NCBI GenBank assembly: GCA_965223155.1
Contig: CBDCVR010000014.1
Location: 256,001 to 320,000 of the forward strand
DNA: 64,000 bases
Reading direction: 5' to 3'
Source of the DNA: Candidatus Multivoradales bacterium
Lineage (GTDB): Bacteria; Acidobacteriota; Thermoanaerobaculia; Multivoradales; JAHEKO01
Shown: positions 29,901-39,407 of the stretch, piece after piece
How positions within the stretch are numbered: position 1 is the first letter of the stretch
Layout of the letters: every line of letters starts with the position of its first letter
The notes under the pieces: model-generated
What the model was told of the DNA's origin: nothing
What the model saw: only the letters and a program-made list of their open reading frames with translations
Database searches by the model: none
Position numbers and translations under genes: made by a program

Positions 29901-32829
29901 TCTCAGCGGGCAAGTCCAGCTCGCTCGCGACCAGACCTCGAACCAGCTCCAGGGAGCCGCGTCCGACCGAGGTCTCGGTCGGGAGTTGAGCCGGCCGCGG
30001 CGGCGGTTCCGACTCCGGCGCGGCCGGGCTTCGGCGGCGCGCCGCCCGCGGTCTCCGCGTTGCGGCACCGGCCGCCGCCTCGCAGGGACTCGGCAGAAAG
30101 ACCGGTTCCCTCTCGAAATCGAAGGGCTTGAAGAAGCGGCCCTCGAACAGCCCCTTGGTCCGGACCGGGGCGCCCAGGGTCCAGGCGGTAGCTACAGCCT
30201 CGAGCAGACCCAGGAGGGTGTCGGAGCCGGCATTGACGCTCACCGCTCGAGCGCTCCCGCAGGCCTCCGCCAGCCGGCTCAGGACGCTGCCCGGACCCAG
30301 CTCCAGCCAGAGATCGACGCCCTCCCGCTCCGCTCGCTCGATGGCCTGCTGGAAGCGCACCGGTGCCTCGAGCTGGCCGAGGAGCAGTCCTCTCGGAGAG
30401 CCATCAGCGGCGACCGTCTCCCCGGTCACCGTCGAGACCGCCGTTCGGGCCGGCGGACGCATCGCCTCATCCGCAAGCAACGCCTCCAGCGGACCGCGCA
30501 GGCTCGTCATCAGCGGCGAATGAAACGCGTCGGCAACTTCGAGCCGCGTGACGGTCCGATCCCGGCGCCGCGCTCGCTGCACCAGGCGATCGATCGCCGC
30601 CAAGGGCCCGGAAACCACCGTTTGGCTGGGTCCGTTGAACGCCGCCACGACAAGGTTCAGTCCCGCGATCAGCTCAGCGGCCTCGGCGGCCGGCGCCGAG
30701 ACACTCGCCATTCCGCCACGAGGCCCCTCTCGTTCGGCCATTATCCGACCGCGGGCGCGGGCGATCCGCAGAGCCCCCGCACGGTCGAAACAGCCTGCCC
30801 AGTGAAGCGCACAGAGCTCGCCCAAGCTGTGACCAACGGCGACGTCAGCGGCGAGCCCGAGCCGGTCCGCCAAGTCCAGGGCCGCTAGCGACCGTCCTAC
30901 GATCGCCGGTTGGATCTCCCCCGGTCCGCGCTCGGGCCGGCCCGCCTCGAGCCAACCGGCCAGCTCCGGGAACCGCCGGGCCCAGAGCCGGGAGCCTCGC
31001 GCCGCCAGCGATCCTTGCCCCGGGAACAGAAAACCGAGACGGGGCGCCCGGTCTCCGGCATCCCCGAGCCACCAGCCGCGGCCGTGCTCCAGGCGGTCCG
31101 CGGCTTCTTCCTCGGTTCGGGTCTCGAGCCGCGCCAGCATCCGGGTCAACCGCTTCACCAGCTCGCTCGGCCGTTCGGCGACCGCGGCGGCCCGCAAGGG
31201 GCCTCTTCCCGCAACGGTTCCCGCGCCGGCGGCGAGCTCGGCTGCCATGTCGGTCAGCTCGGCCTCCGAGCAGTGCGCCGCGGAGCGGCGCAGGACCGTC
31301 AGGCGATCTCGCAACTCTTCCCGAGACGTGGCGTCGACCAGGAAGAGCTCGGTTCCCTGGGGCGCAGTCCGGCACAAGCCATGACCGGCGCCGACACTCG
31401 CTCCGACGGACCGAACCGGAGCCTCGACGGTGACGTGAACGTTGATTCCGCCGAACCCCATCGAGCTCACCGAGGCTCGGCGCGCTTGTTCTTGGGGCCA
31501 GTCCTCGGCGGCGTCGAGCACGCGTAGCGCGGCGCTCCGGCCAGTCAGGAGCGGGTGCGGCTCCCGGCAGCCGGTCGTCGGCGGCAGGACGCCGTGTTCG
31601 AGGGCCGAAACCGCCTTGAGCAGACCAGCGGCCCCGGCCGCGGCCTTGGTGTGGCCGATATTCGCCTTCACGGATCCGAGAGCCGCGCCGAAGACCGGGC
31701 CGGCGGCCGACTGCCGCGCCGAACCCTCGCCGCGGGTCAGCTCGGACGACAGAGCCTCCAGCTCCACGGCATCGCCGACCGGCGTCCCGGTGCCGTGCCC
31801 CTCGAAATAGCCGACCGACTCCATGGAATAGCCGGCCATCTCGTAGGCCCTTCTGAGCGCCAGACGCTGTCCCGCGACCTCGGGCCGGGTAATCCCCCCC
31901 GAACCGTCCGAGGAGATGCCCCAGCCGCGCAACAGGGCTCGTATGGGCCGATCGGCGGCGCGGGCGTCGGACTCGCGCATCAGCACGAACATGCCGCAGC
32001 CCTCGCCCGGCAGGAAGCCGCGGGACTTGCGATCGTAGACCGCCATCTCGCCGGGACTCAGCGCTCCGAGCCGGGAAAAGCCCACCAGCTCGAAGGGATC
32101 GAGGCTCAAATCGACGCCGCCGGCGAGCGCCACGTCGAGCTGCCCGGCGACCAGGGCGTTGCAGGCGTTCGCGATACTCAACAAGGACGACGCGCAAGCT
32201 CCGTCCACTGTGTACCCGCCGCCGCCGAGGCCGAAGTGACCGCAGATACGGCCGGCGATCGTGTTGGCAAGCCCGCCGGCCAAGCTCTCGTCGGTCACCG
32301 GCGCGAAAGGCGCCTTGTAGGCTTCCTCCAGACGCTCCAGGAAACGCCGGCCGCGCTCCGTGGGCCAGCCCTCCTCGGCCAGGAGCCCGGCGACCGTGCG
32401 CTCCACGAACGGCCAACGCAACCTGAGACTGCTGGCGCGCGATTGGTCCCCGGTAAGTGAGTTCCCCACCACGACGCCAGTGGCCGCCCGCGGCAAGTCC
32501 TCCCCGGCCGGGAACCCGGCGTCGCCCAGCGCGTCGGCCGCCACCTCGAGCGCCAGCCAGTGGGCCATATCCGCCGATCGATAGGTCGCCAGGGGCACCC
32601 GGAACCGGGCGCGATCGAACTCGTACCCCTCCAAGACCGCGGCGCGCCGAACGTAGAGCGCGTCGCCATCGTCCGGGTCGGAGTTCCAGTAGTCCTCCAG
32701 GCGCAGACGGCTCGGGGGAATCGCGCGAAAGGCGCGCCGCTGGCTCAGGACGTTGCGCCACAGCTCCTCCGGACCACCGGCATCCGGATACCGGCACGCC
32801 ATGCCGACGATGGCGATCGCCGAGGTCAC
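26947..32829 (-). CDS. pksE: Iterative enediyne polyketide synthase (KS-AT-ACP-KR-DH-PPTase)
   Basis: KS DGACASS, EGHGTGT, NIGHTKAAAG; AT GHSLG, AFHS; ACP DLHLSSI; KR SGGGKGIA, YGLANEW; DH HVVLGAPLVP; PPTase GCDLE, WTALECLRK. GTG at 32829 overlaps the unbU stop. Confidence 0.95.
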   Translation of the reverse strand: MTSAIAIVGMACRYPDAGGPEELWRNVLSQRRAFRAIPPSRLRLEDYWNSDPDDGDALYVRRAAVLEGYEFDRARFRVPLATYRSADMAHWLALEVAADALGDAGFPAGEDLPRAATGVVVGNSLTGDQSRASSLRLRWPFVERTVAGLLAEEGWPTERGRRFLERLEEAYKAPFAPVTDESLAGGLANTIAGRICGHFGLGGGGYTVDGACASSLLSIANACNALVAGQLDVALAGGVDLSLDPFELVGFSRLGALSPGEMAVYDRKSRGFLPGEGCGMFVLMRESDARAADRPIRALLRGWGISSDGSGGITRPEVAGQRLALRRAYEMAGYSMESVGYFEGHGTGTPVGDAVELEALSSELTRGEGSARQSAAGPVFGAALGSVKANIGHTKAAAGAAGLLKAVSALEHGVLPPTTGCREPHPLLTGRSAALRVLDAAEDWPQEQARRASVSSMGFGGINVHVTVEAPVRSVGASVGAGHGLCRTAPQGTELFLVDATSREELRDRLTVLRRSAAHCSEAELTDMAAELAAGAGTVAGRGPLRAAAVAERPSELVKRLTRMLARLETRTEEEAADRLEHGRGWWLGDAGDRAPRLGFLFPGQGSLAARGSRLWARRFPELAGWLEAGRPERGPGEIQPAIVGRSLAALDLADRLGLAADVAVGHSLGELCALHWAGCFDRAGALRIARARGRIMAEREGPRGGMASVSAPAAEAAELIAGLNLVVAAFNGPSQTVVSGPLAAIDRLVQRARRRDRTVTRLEVADAFHSPLMTSLRGPLEALLADEAMRPPARTAVSTVTGETVAADGSPRGLLLGQLEAPVRFQQAIERAEREGVDLWLELGPGSVLSRLAEACGSARAVSVNAGSDTLLGLLEAVATAWTLGAPVRTKGLFEGRFFKPFDFEREPVFLPSPCEAAAGAATRRPRAARRRSPAAPESEPPPRPAQLPTETSVGRGSLELVRGLVASELDLPAETLAEDQRLLEDLHLSSIRVTQVAMRAARELGLGDLTLPTDLATFSIAELAGFLDEVGATGVADLESGATPAGVGSWVRPFVVAFEERPLPVRRPARGPESTARERGRWRVVAPPDTEFAGDLQRALAASGRGSGTAVYLPEGPDSESLGLLLQAVREVEASGDDRLLIVQHRTLAASFARSFHLETEPTATCVVEIPESAEGALDWIVAEARSAEGFVHARYDRSGNRRVPVLRLAKDGIVAKTPVLGRDDVVVVSGGGKGIAAECALELGRRYGAALALLGRSDPGDDTELAANLDRLRSLGARFRYLPVDVCDPAGVTRALATAREDLGEITALLHGAGSNRPGLLSTLDLGAFAQALAPKVEGLRNLLAALDPERLRLVVAFGSLIARTGLAGESHYGLANEWMAACLEAFGRDHPACRTLTIDWSIWAGAGMGERLGTVESLARQGISPIGVDDGVRILNELLEGRCEVGGRCVVAGRMGDLPTLERETGRLPLRRFLEFPRLHYPGVELVVDAELAVETDPYLADHVVLGAPLVPAVLGLEAICQVAMAIQGADRPPVLEAVRFERALQVPEDGPLKVRIAGLRTAPEIIEVVVRSAATGFDVDHFRARCRFDRPEPAPQAPACTEEFLALDPGTDLYGGCLFQTGRFQRVTGYRQLSAHHSRAAIGADGAVAWFGRYLPAGLVLGDPAARDAAIHSVQASIPHATVLPVGVDRIETGSLPAEESWEVEATELRRDGDSLFYQLEIVGADGLVRERWHGLELRIAAPRAPETSWPAATLRPYLERRLEDLLSAPDLAVSVAPTESLDREGAKERALERLLGSGETLRYRPDGRPQLLLSDEGGGGGGRGGISIAHADGVTLAIRAADEVGCDLEPVVSRADEDWAEILSWERLDLAGRIADLCHEDLATARTRVWTALECLRKVGLPATAPLTLVRSEDDGWLALRSGTRALASYATSLRGGPAPLTFTFVHEEGAIDV

Positions 32830-33740
32830 GGCGCCGACCTTCCAGGTAGCGCCGCCGGAGCGCCTTCGGCCACGGCCGGCGCCTGGACCAGGGCCGCCAC
32901 CGATAGCCACAGCCCGCGTCCGCAGCAGACGATCGTCAAGGCGAAGAAGAAGCCGAACACCACATGGCTAGTCATGAGGAGGCCGTAGACCGCCGCCACG
33001 CTGACGCCGAACGCCACCTGGCCCGCCCTGCCTCGTGGCGTGGTCGCGGGGTCGCTCACCATGTAGAAGGAAAAGAGCAGAAAGGCGACCCCGGTAGCCG
33101 GCACCAGACCGGCCGTCCAGGGCATGTCAAACAGGGCTGCCCGCAACAGGGCCTGCACCGCAAAGCCGGAGCCCCACGCCAAGATGAGCACGATCTTCTT
33201 CGTGTACCGGGCATTGAGCAGCGAGCCAGAGACCACGATCACGGCCGGGAGGATCCAGTCGCCGGCGCCACTCAGGTTCTCGGTGAACATGTACGGTGGC
33301 GCGATACCGACCCACGGAAACAGCAGCAGCGTGGCGGTGATGCCGAAGTTCGAAGGATTCAGAAAGTGCCGCTTGGAACCGTTCCAGCCGACGCGCAGCA
33401 CCGCCTTGGAACCGATTGCGACCGCCGAGGCGAAGGCGATCGGCGCCAGTCGCGAGTTTGCGTAGAGCAGCATCGAGACCGCCAACCCCGTGATGTGCGC
33501 CGAGAGCAGGAAATCGACCATGCGCACGACGCCGCCGGCGAAACGGGGCTGGCGGCCCTCGCTCCAGGCACGCGACCACTCGATCAGGAGCTCGAGCAGG
33601 TAGGCGGTTCCTATGCCGACCAGCGGCTGCGCCCAGGACTGTTCGAATCCGAAGACCGTATGGCCGAGGACGTTGAACAGGGTGATAGCGATGGCAAACC
33701 GCCGCAACGCGGCCAACCGGGGATCCGCCCAACCGCTCAT
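32826..33740 (-). CDS. unbU: Enediyne biosynthesis membrane protein E5
   Basis: RLAALRRFAIAIT, GHTVFGFEQS, HFLNPSNFGI, IAPPYMFTE and YMVSDPATTP. Confidence 0.92.
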   Translation of the reverse strand: MSGWADPRLAALRRFAIAITLFNVLGHTVFGFEQSWAQPLVGIGTAYLLELLIEWSRAWSEGRQPRFAGGVVRMVDFLLSAHITGLAVSMLLYANSRLAPIAFASAVAIGSKAVLRVGWNGSKRHFLNPSNFGITATLLLFPWVGIAPPYMFTENLSGAGDWILPAVIVVSGSLLNARYTKKIVLILAWGSGFAVQALLRAALFDMPWTAGLVPATGVAFLLFSFYMVSDPATTPRGRAGQVAFGVSVAAVYGLLMTSHVVFGFFFALTIVCCGRGLWLSVAALVQAPAVAEGAPAALPGRSAP

Positions 33741-35719
33741 CCGCGCACCGCCGCTTCCACCAGAGCCGTGCGGCACAGACGCAATCGATGCCTGCCCGGC
33801 GGCAAGCGCAGCCGCTGCGACCGAGGCACGCCGCGCCGGTCGCGCCAAGCCAGCTCGACCTGGACGTTCGGTCTCCCCTGGGAGTCGCCGGCCGGCGGGC
33901 CGAGACCGAAGTGAAGCGCCGGGCTGCGCACACCGGAGTGTCCGCTGCCACCGTCTACCTGGCCGACCAAGACCTTGCCACCCTCCCGGAGCACCCGGGC
34001 GGTAGCGCCCACGGCCGCTCGGCTCGGCGCCTCCGACTCGCAACCGCCCTCCGCAGGACCGGCGGGCAGACGCAGGTCCAGAACGAGCGATCGGCCCGGG
34101 CCGGTCTGGACGTTGCGGTACAGGTAGGAAGGCTCCCATTGGTTGGCGACCGCGAGGTCCAGATCGCCGTCCCCGTCCACGTCTCCGGTCGCGATCCCAC
34201 GGGTGACTTGCTCGCCCCCGAGCCCCACCGCCGGCGCCACGTCCCAGAAGCGCCCGTCGGCCGCCGCCACGAAGAATCCGTTGGCTTCGTGGCCGCTCAG
34301 GTCGTCGCCCTCGCGCAGCCGCGGCCAGCTTCCGGGAAAGCGCAGCATCCAGTCGTTGCCCATCGCCAGCTCATGCAGCTCCGGCCAGCGGTCTACCGAG
34401 CCGCGCACGAAGCCGGTGGCCTGAACCGCTTCCAGCCGCCCGTCGTTGTCGAAGTCTCCGAACCGCGCTTCCCAGGCCCACGAGCTGCGCGACAGGCCCA
34501 ACTCCTCCGAGGCGTCCCGGTACGGAGCGATTCCTCGGGCAAGCCGTTCCGCGAAGCCTCCAGCCCGGCTCAGATAGAGAAAATGACTCTCTTCCAGGGC
34601 GTACTCGGCCGCGATGTTGCTGACGTAGATGTCGAAGAGGCCATCCCCGTTGACGTCCCCGAAGTCGACGCCCATCCCCTTGAACGAATCCCGCCCCAGG
34701 ATCTTGGAGGCCGGAGTGGTCAGGCCGCGCCGTCCTTCCACGAGAGCGAATTTGGGCCGGCCCGGAACCGAGCGATTGTGGAGCAACCGGTCGGGGCCGA
34801 AATCGTTGGCAAAGTAGAGTTCCGGAAGCAAGTCTCCGTCCAGGTCAGCGGCGCCGAGCGCCAGGGTCCAAGCGCGGCCGACGCGACCCGCGAAGGCGTC
34901 CGGCACCTCTTCGAACCTGGGCAGCGAACCCGTCTCGGTGGGCGGCGACCAGAGCAGGAGCCGGTTGCCGCCGCCGTTGGCGGCTCGCGACATCGACTCC
35001 TGCATCCGCGCCGGCTTGCCGCCTTCCCCATCCAGGATTCCCGAGCCATCCTGGAAGTAGTTGCCGAACACCAGATCAGGATGCCCGTCGCCGTCAACGT
35101 CGGCCCGCGCCGCGGCGTTCGTGTACCAGCGCTCGCCATCGGCGGTCAGGGGCATGGCTCGGAAGCCGGCCGCCGCCAGGCCGGCCGAGACCGGCCGCGC
35201 GAAGTAGGCCACCGGCCCGCGGCCCCAGAAGTAGACGAGCAGGTCCAGCCGGCCGTCTTCGTCCAGGTCGCCCGGCAGGCAGCCCATTGGCGCCGTCGTC
35301 TCGGAGAGCGGGCCAGAGCGTTGGGCCACGCCCGGGAGCTCCCGAAGATCCAGTTCGAACGGTTCGTATCGATGCGCGGTCCCGGGCGCCGGCAGAACCG
35401 AGACCGAGTCCGTCCTGGGATCCACCAGACACACATCGTTGTCAAGGCCGTCGCCGTCCAGGTCCGCCAGCGCCACGGCGGCTCCCACCGAGGAAATCCA
35501 GGCCGCGATGTGCTCGAGGTCCGGATGCACCGTCCGAACCGTCCGGGATGGCACCGTCCATCCATCGCCGCTGTCGCCGGCCCGCAAGGGCAGCCGCTCG
35601 AACCGGAAACGCTCCGCCAACGCCGAGCGCTCGGTCTGGGCCAGGCGCGGAAGCCGAACGAAGCCCGCCAGTATCGTGGGCACCAGGATCGCAACGGCGA
35701 CGGGAAGGATTCGCCTCAC
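33737..35719 (-). CDS. unbV: Enediyne biosynthesis protein E4 (CRTAC1 / ASPIC-UnbV, FG-GAP repeats)
   Basis: IAAWISSVGAAVALADLDGDG, ANDFGPDRLLHN, DSFKGMG, WPELHELA and QVDGGSGHSG; GTG at 35719 after AAGGAG. Confidence 0.93.
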   Translation of the reverse strand: MRRILPVAVAILVPTILAGFVRLPRLAQTERSALAERFRFERLPLRAGDSGDGWTVPSRTVRTVHPDLEHIAAWISSVGAAVALADLDGDGLDNDVCLVDPRTDSVSVLPAPGTAHRYEPFELDLRELPGVAQRSGPLSETTAPMGCLPGDLDEDGRLDLLVYFWGRGPVAYFARPVSAGLAAAGFRAMPLTADGERWYTNAAARADVDGDGHPDLVFGNYFQDGSGILDGEGGKPARMQESMSRAANGGGNRLLLWSPPTETGSLPRFEEVPDAFAGRVGRAWTLALGAADLDGDLLPELYFANDFGPDRLLHNRSVPGRPKFALVEGRRGLTTPASKILGRDSFKGMGVDFGDVNGDGLFDIYVSNIAAEYALEESHFLYLSRAGGFAERLARGIAPYRDASEELGLSRSSWAWEARFGDFDNDGRLEAVQATGFVRGSVDRWPELHELAMGNDWMLRFPGSWPRLREGDDLSGHEANGFFVAAADGRFWDVAPAVGLGGEQVTRGIATGDVDGDGDLDLAVANQWEPSYLYRNVQTGPGRSLVLDLRLPAGPAEGGCESEAPSRAAVGATARVLREGGKVLVGQVDGGSGHSGVRSPALHFGLGPPAGDSQGRPNVQVELAWRDRRGVPRSQRLRLPPGRHRLRLCRTALVEAAVRG

Positions 35720-35750
35720 CGCGACGGCTCCTTCGGATTCCGCTCGAAGC

Positions 35751-36701
35751 TCATAGCGAAGCCCACCTGACCTCAGGCGCTGCACCGCCCAGACCGGCGC
35801 GCAGCCGCGCCCGCCAGCGCTCGTACCCGGACGGGTCGAGCTCGTCCCGCGGACGGCTCCGCTCGGCCCACTCGGCGGCGCCTGTCCCATCCAGGCCGAC
35901 CAGTGCCTGGCACGCGCTCTCGGTCGCCCACGGAATTCGTCCAGCCTGCCGCCGCGCGGCGGCCGCGAATGCCGATCCTTGAGCCAGGTGAGCGCGGAAT
36001 TGGGCCGCGCACTCGACGAGCACGTCCAGCGCCTCCGGACCGGCGCCTCCGGCGTAGGTCGCCGCCAGCCCGACTCCCGACCAGAGGTCGCCCCGGCGAG
36101 GGAACGCGAACCGATCGATCGTGGCGCTGATGCCCTCGGCATCGGCGCAGTTCGAGAACCAGAGCGACCGGCCCAGTCCCTGATCGAAGGCACGCAGTCC
36201 GTACCCGGTCAGCGAGCGCGGTCTGAGCTGGCGCCCGACCGCCGGTTCAGTTCGGAAATACCCGTGGTGAAATCCGTAGCCATCGAAGGCGAGCCAACGC
36301 AGCATCGGGCGGAGGGTGCGTACGAGCTTGCCCTCGGCCCACCGCACCCGGGCGATCGCCCAGCCAACCCCGACATGGATCAAGTACGCGTAGCGGGGAC
36401 CGAAGCGATCCAGGAACGCCGGTAGGCGGTGAACTCCGCGCGGATCCAAGGCGTCCAGAAGAGCACACGCCATGGCTGCGCCTTCGACCGCAAAGCCAGC
36501 GCTCTCGACATCTTCTTCGAGCTCGCCCAACTCGAGACGTGCTCCGCCGCCAGCCGCCAGGGCGAGGTGGTATCCGGACAGAAAGGCCCGCCCAACGCCC
36601 TCGAGGTGCCCGCGCACAGCCGGATCTCCCATCGCAAACCCGCGCTCTCGAAAAAGCACCGCAGAAGGAGCGATGCGCAGAATTCGGAGCAGTAGCTTCA
36701 C
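35751..36701 (-). CDS. unbL: Enediyne biosynthesis protein E3 (DUF1702)
   Basis: GFAVEGAAM, YLIHVGVGWA, WLAFDGYGFH, DQGLGRSLWF and DLWSGVGLAATYAGG. Confidence 0.92.
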   Translation of the reverse strand: MKLLLRILRIAPSAVLFRERGFAMGDPAVRGHLEGVGRAFLSGYHLALAAGGGARLELGELEEDVESAGFAVEGAAMACALLDALDPRGVHRLPAFLDRFGPRYAYLIHVGVGWAIARVRWAEGKLVRTLRPMLRWLAFDGYGFHHGYFRTEPAVGRQLRPRSLTGYGLRAFDQGLGRSLWFSNCADAEGISATIDRFAFPRRGDLWSGVGLAATYAGGAGPEALDVLVECAAQFRAHLAQGSAFAAAARRQAGRIPWATESACQALVGLDGTGAAEWAERSRPRDELDPSGYERWRARLRAGLGGAAPEVRWASL

Positions 36702-37037
36702 GACGACGTCCAGAGTGTTCCCATCCGAGTCGGTACCCCGTCGTCAGGAACCGCGAGTTGCAAGCGTCCAACACAGGCAGCGAGCCGATCCCTTCGACCT
36801 CGGATCCGACCTTTGGTTTGCTTGATGCCGTCAGTCTAGTGACGCTGCGCGATCCTGGCTCGTCGCCATTTTCGAATTCCAAGTCACTTCTTCGACAGAA
36901 TGCGACAAATTTTTCGATCCCGCTCGGCTGCGTCAGCTCGAGGGGAGGTCGAGGGCCGGTTGAGAGTAGGTCCGGCACCGTGCCGGTCGAGAGACTCCGA
37001 CCCAGCGGGTTGGCTACACCGGGTGTGGGAACCGGCC

Positions 37038-37403
37038 CTAGCTCGGCCGGTGACGGTTCTTGAATGAACGAGGCGTCTGGCCAGTGACGCGCTTGAAGGC
37101 GCGCTCGAACGTCCGAAGATCCCGATAGCCCACCGAATAGGCAAGCTCCGTAATGGTCGTATTGCGCTCCCGGATTCTCTGCTTGGCTCGCTCCACGCGC
37201 AAATGGTTGACCCATTGATTGAAAGGAACCCCGGTCTTGGCGCGAAAGAAGCTCGAGAAGTAGGCGGGGGACAAGCCCGCCACCTCGGCAACCTGGGTCA
37301 GCCCGATGTTCCGGTCCAGATTTCGCTCGACGTACTGCTGAACGCGGCTCAACCGTCTGTAGTAGCGAAACGCAGCACGATTGATCCGGCTCTCGTCGAA
37401 CAT
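37038..37403 (-). CDS. Small AraC-family regulator (DNA-binding domain only)
   Basis: AGLSPAYFSSFFRAKTG and VGYRDLRTFERAFKRVTGQTP; no effector domain (alternative TTG start at 37424). Confidence 0.9.
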   Translation of the reverse strand: MFDESRINRAAFRYYRRLSRVQQYVERNLDRNIGLTQVAEVAGLSPAYFSSFFRAKTGVPFNQWVNHLRVERAKQRIRERNTTITELAYSVGYRDLRTFERAFKRVTGQTPRSFKNRHRPS

Positions 37404-37506
37404 CCGGCCCGACACTCCCTCCAAGAAGACTGATCTTTTGAATTGTTACAGGCAAGCTTACACCATTCCGCGCTCGCGCCAACTCCTGATCTCGCACCTT
37501 GAGGAT

Positions 37507-37523
37507 CGGCAAGGCGGGAGAAG
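37507..37523 (+). promoter_or_regulatory. Cluster motif copy (CGGCAAGGCGGGAGAAG) with -10-like TACGGT 21 nt downstream
   Basis: Consensus match upstream of the 37627 gene. Confidence 0.65.
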
Positions 37524-37626
37524 CCAGCTCTCTTGCTTCGGCGCTACGGTGGAAGCACCTCACCGCCTAGGAACCTAGCCCGCACTCGGCTGGCCTTTCG
37601 AACACCGACGAAGAAGGAGTCTGACC

Positions 37627-38196
37627 ATGTTTCCAAAACCCGGCATCGACCTCGTCCAGCACGAACTTCGAGTTGACCTCTTTGGCGACCGCGACGGTAA
37701 GGAGGAACGCCTCGAGACGCTCGTGTTCGAAGGGCGCATGCTCCTCGAACGGGGAGGCGCCAGCCGCGACAAGGAAGGGACGCGACGCATCGACTTCCGG
37801 GTCCGCCGCTGGGAGGCGACCGCCTGGAGCGACACCCTCGACGCAGTCGTCACCTATGCCACCGGCGACAACGAGCAGCCGCTCAGCTATATCGTGTCGG
37901 AAGGCGCCGAGTCCGACTATCCCGCGACCCTCACGTTCAACGTCGTCTTCGACGCCTATCTCGACGGAGAGCTGGTCTTCCGGGCTCACGAGGGCCGGCC
38001 GGAAGGCCACGGCTTTCTCGAGATCCCGCCCAGCGGCTACCGCAAGTCGAGCCCGACGATCACCAGTTTCGAGGACACCCTGATCGAGGCCAAGCATCCG
38101 AAGCTGGGCGTCCTGCGCTTCAAGCCGCGCGACTGCAACGACCAGAACAGCGTCACCCTGAAGAGCTTCCCGGACGACAGAGAACGCGCGATCTAG
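37627..38196 (+). CDS. Beta-rich cytoplasmic protein of unknown function
   Basis: AAGGAG RBS, strong GC3 codon bias, 189 aa; divergent from the small AraC gene. Confidence 0.75.
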   Translation: MFPKPGIDLVQHELRVDLFGDRDGKEERLETLVFEGRMLLERGGASRDKEGTRRIDFRVRRWEATAWSDTLDAVVTYATGDNEQPLSYIVSEGAESDYPATLTFNVVFDAYLDGELVFRAHEGRPEGHGFLEIPPSGYRKSSPTITSFEDTLIEAKHPKLGVLRFKPRDCNDQNSVTLKSFPDDRERAI

Positions 38197-38343
38197 ATCT
38201 AGAGGTTCGACCGCCCGGGTCGCGGTCCCGGGGCAACCCACCGCGATCCAGCCGCTTCCGGCTGCGGCGGCCAGATCCTCGCCAGCACCGGGTCGAGTCG
38301 ATGCCGAGGAGGACTCCGGGCAGCGTTGCGCCCGATGGGTTCT

Positions 38344-38775
38344 CTACCTCGGCCCGGCCCCAGCCCCGGCCCCGGCTCGACGGGCCAGCCAGGTCATGAC
38401 CAGCCCCAGGACCACGGTCAGCGGGCCTTCGACCCAGGCCCAGGCCGGAGGCAGGCCGGCCCAAAAAGCCACGGCGGTGAGGAAAACGCCCAAGACACAG
38501 ACCAGTCTGCCCATGAAGCTGATGAGGTCCAGATACCGTTCAACCTCGCGACTGGCGTAGAGAGTCAGAGCGCCTAGAAGCGCGTACACCGCCGAGAGCG
38601 AGCGAGTCAGGTACTCCATCAGCGGCGAGCTCTGGTACGGCTCGAGGCCGAGCGCGTCGTTGGCCGCCGCCATCCAGCCGGTCGGCATGACCGCGGTGAA
38701 GAGCGCCGAGGCCGCGACCACTCCCAGGAGCCGCAAGACCCAGGTCAGAACCTTCCGCGCGGTCGTGGCAAGCAC
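38344..38775 (-). CDS. Small integral membrane protein (about 4 TM)
   Basis: Hydrophobic helices; AVMPTGWM and MEYLTRSLSAVYALLG. Confidence 0.7.
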   Translation of the reverse strand: MLATTARKVLTWVLRLLGVVAASALFTAVMPTGWMAAANDALGLEPYQSSPLMEYLTRSLSAVYALLGALTLYASREVERYLDLISFMGRLVCVLGVFLTAVAFWAGLPPAWAWVEGPLTVVLGLVMTWLARRAGAGAGAGPR

Positions 38776-39039
38776 GTCGCAACCCTATAAGGCACCGCCG
38801 GACGCCGCAACCGGTGCCCGCCTCTCGAACGGCGGAAGCACCCGCGGCCGAACCGATCCCGGCAGCGACGGAGGGCGGCGGGCCGAGCCACTACTCCTTG
38901 CTAAGCTGTCGCCCCGACGTGAGCCCGACTCTTCCCGCCGGCCTCGAAGCCGCGCACTTTCGCATCGACGGCCTCCTCGGCAACGAAGGCATCGCCAGCG
39001 AGTACGTCCACGTAATCACTCCCGCCGCGGAACTCGTGG

Positions 39040-39313
39040 CCGAGGTTTCGGTCGGCCGGTCTTTGCCTCCGACGGCTCGTTTGTGGGCTTCGATCCCTCC
39101 GGCCGGAATCTCGTGGCACACCTCTACCGCGCCGGCGGGACCAACCTGTGGCTCGTGCCTCTCGACGGCTCGGAGTGGGTCCAACTGACCGACCGCGACC
39201 ACCGCCTCGAAGACTACATCCGAGACGCCGCTTGGAGTCCCGACGGCCAGCAGCTGGTCGTTTCCAAAGACAAGTACCTGAGCGATGCGGTTCTGATCGA
39301 GGGGTTTTCCTAG
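39040..39313 (+). pseudogene. C-terminal remnant of a TolB/PD40 beta-propeller protein
   Basis: TNLWLVPLDGSEWVQLT...AAWSPDGQQLVV...SDAVLIEGF with no plausible N-terminal portion; left boundary approximate. Confidence 0.55.
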
Positions 39314-39407
39314 CCGGGCCGGAGTCGCCGACCGATCCCGGCGACGCCCGCTCTCGGAGCGCGGGAACCGAGAGGCAAGCGAGCGCAAGACCCGTCCGAC
39401 GGGACGG

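Noticed and set aside
36887-36904. Possible seventh copy of the cluster motif upstream of unbL (GCATTCTGTCGAAGAAG, minus strand)
   Set aside because: The spacing between GCA and the GAAG box is two bases too long and the GGAG core is altered; not counted.
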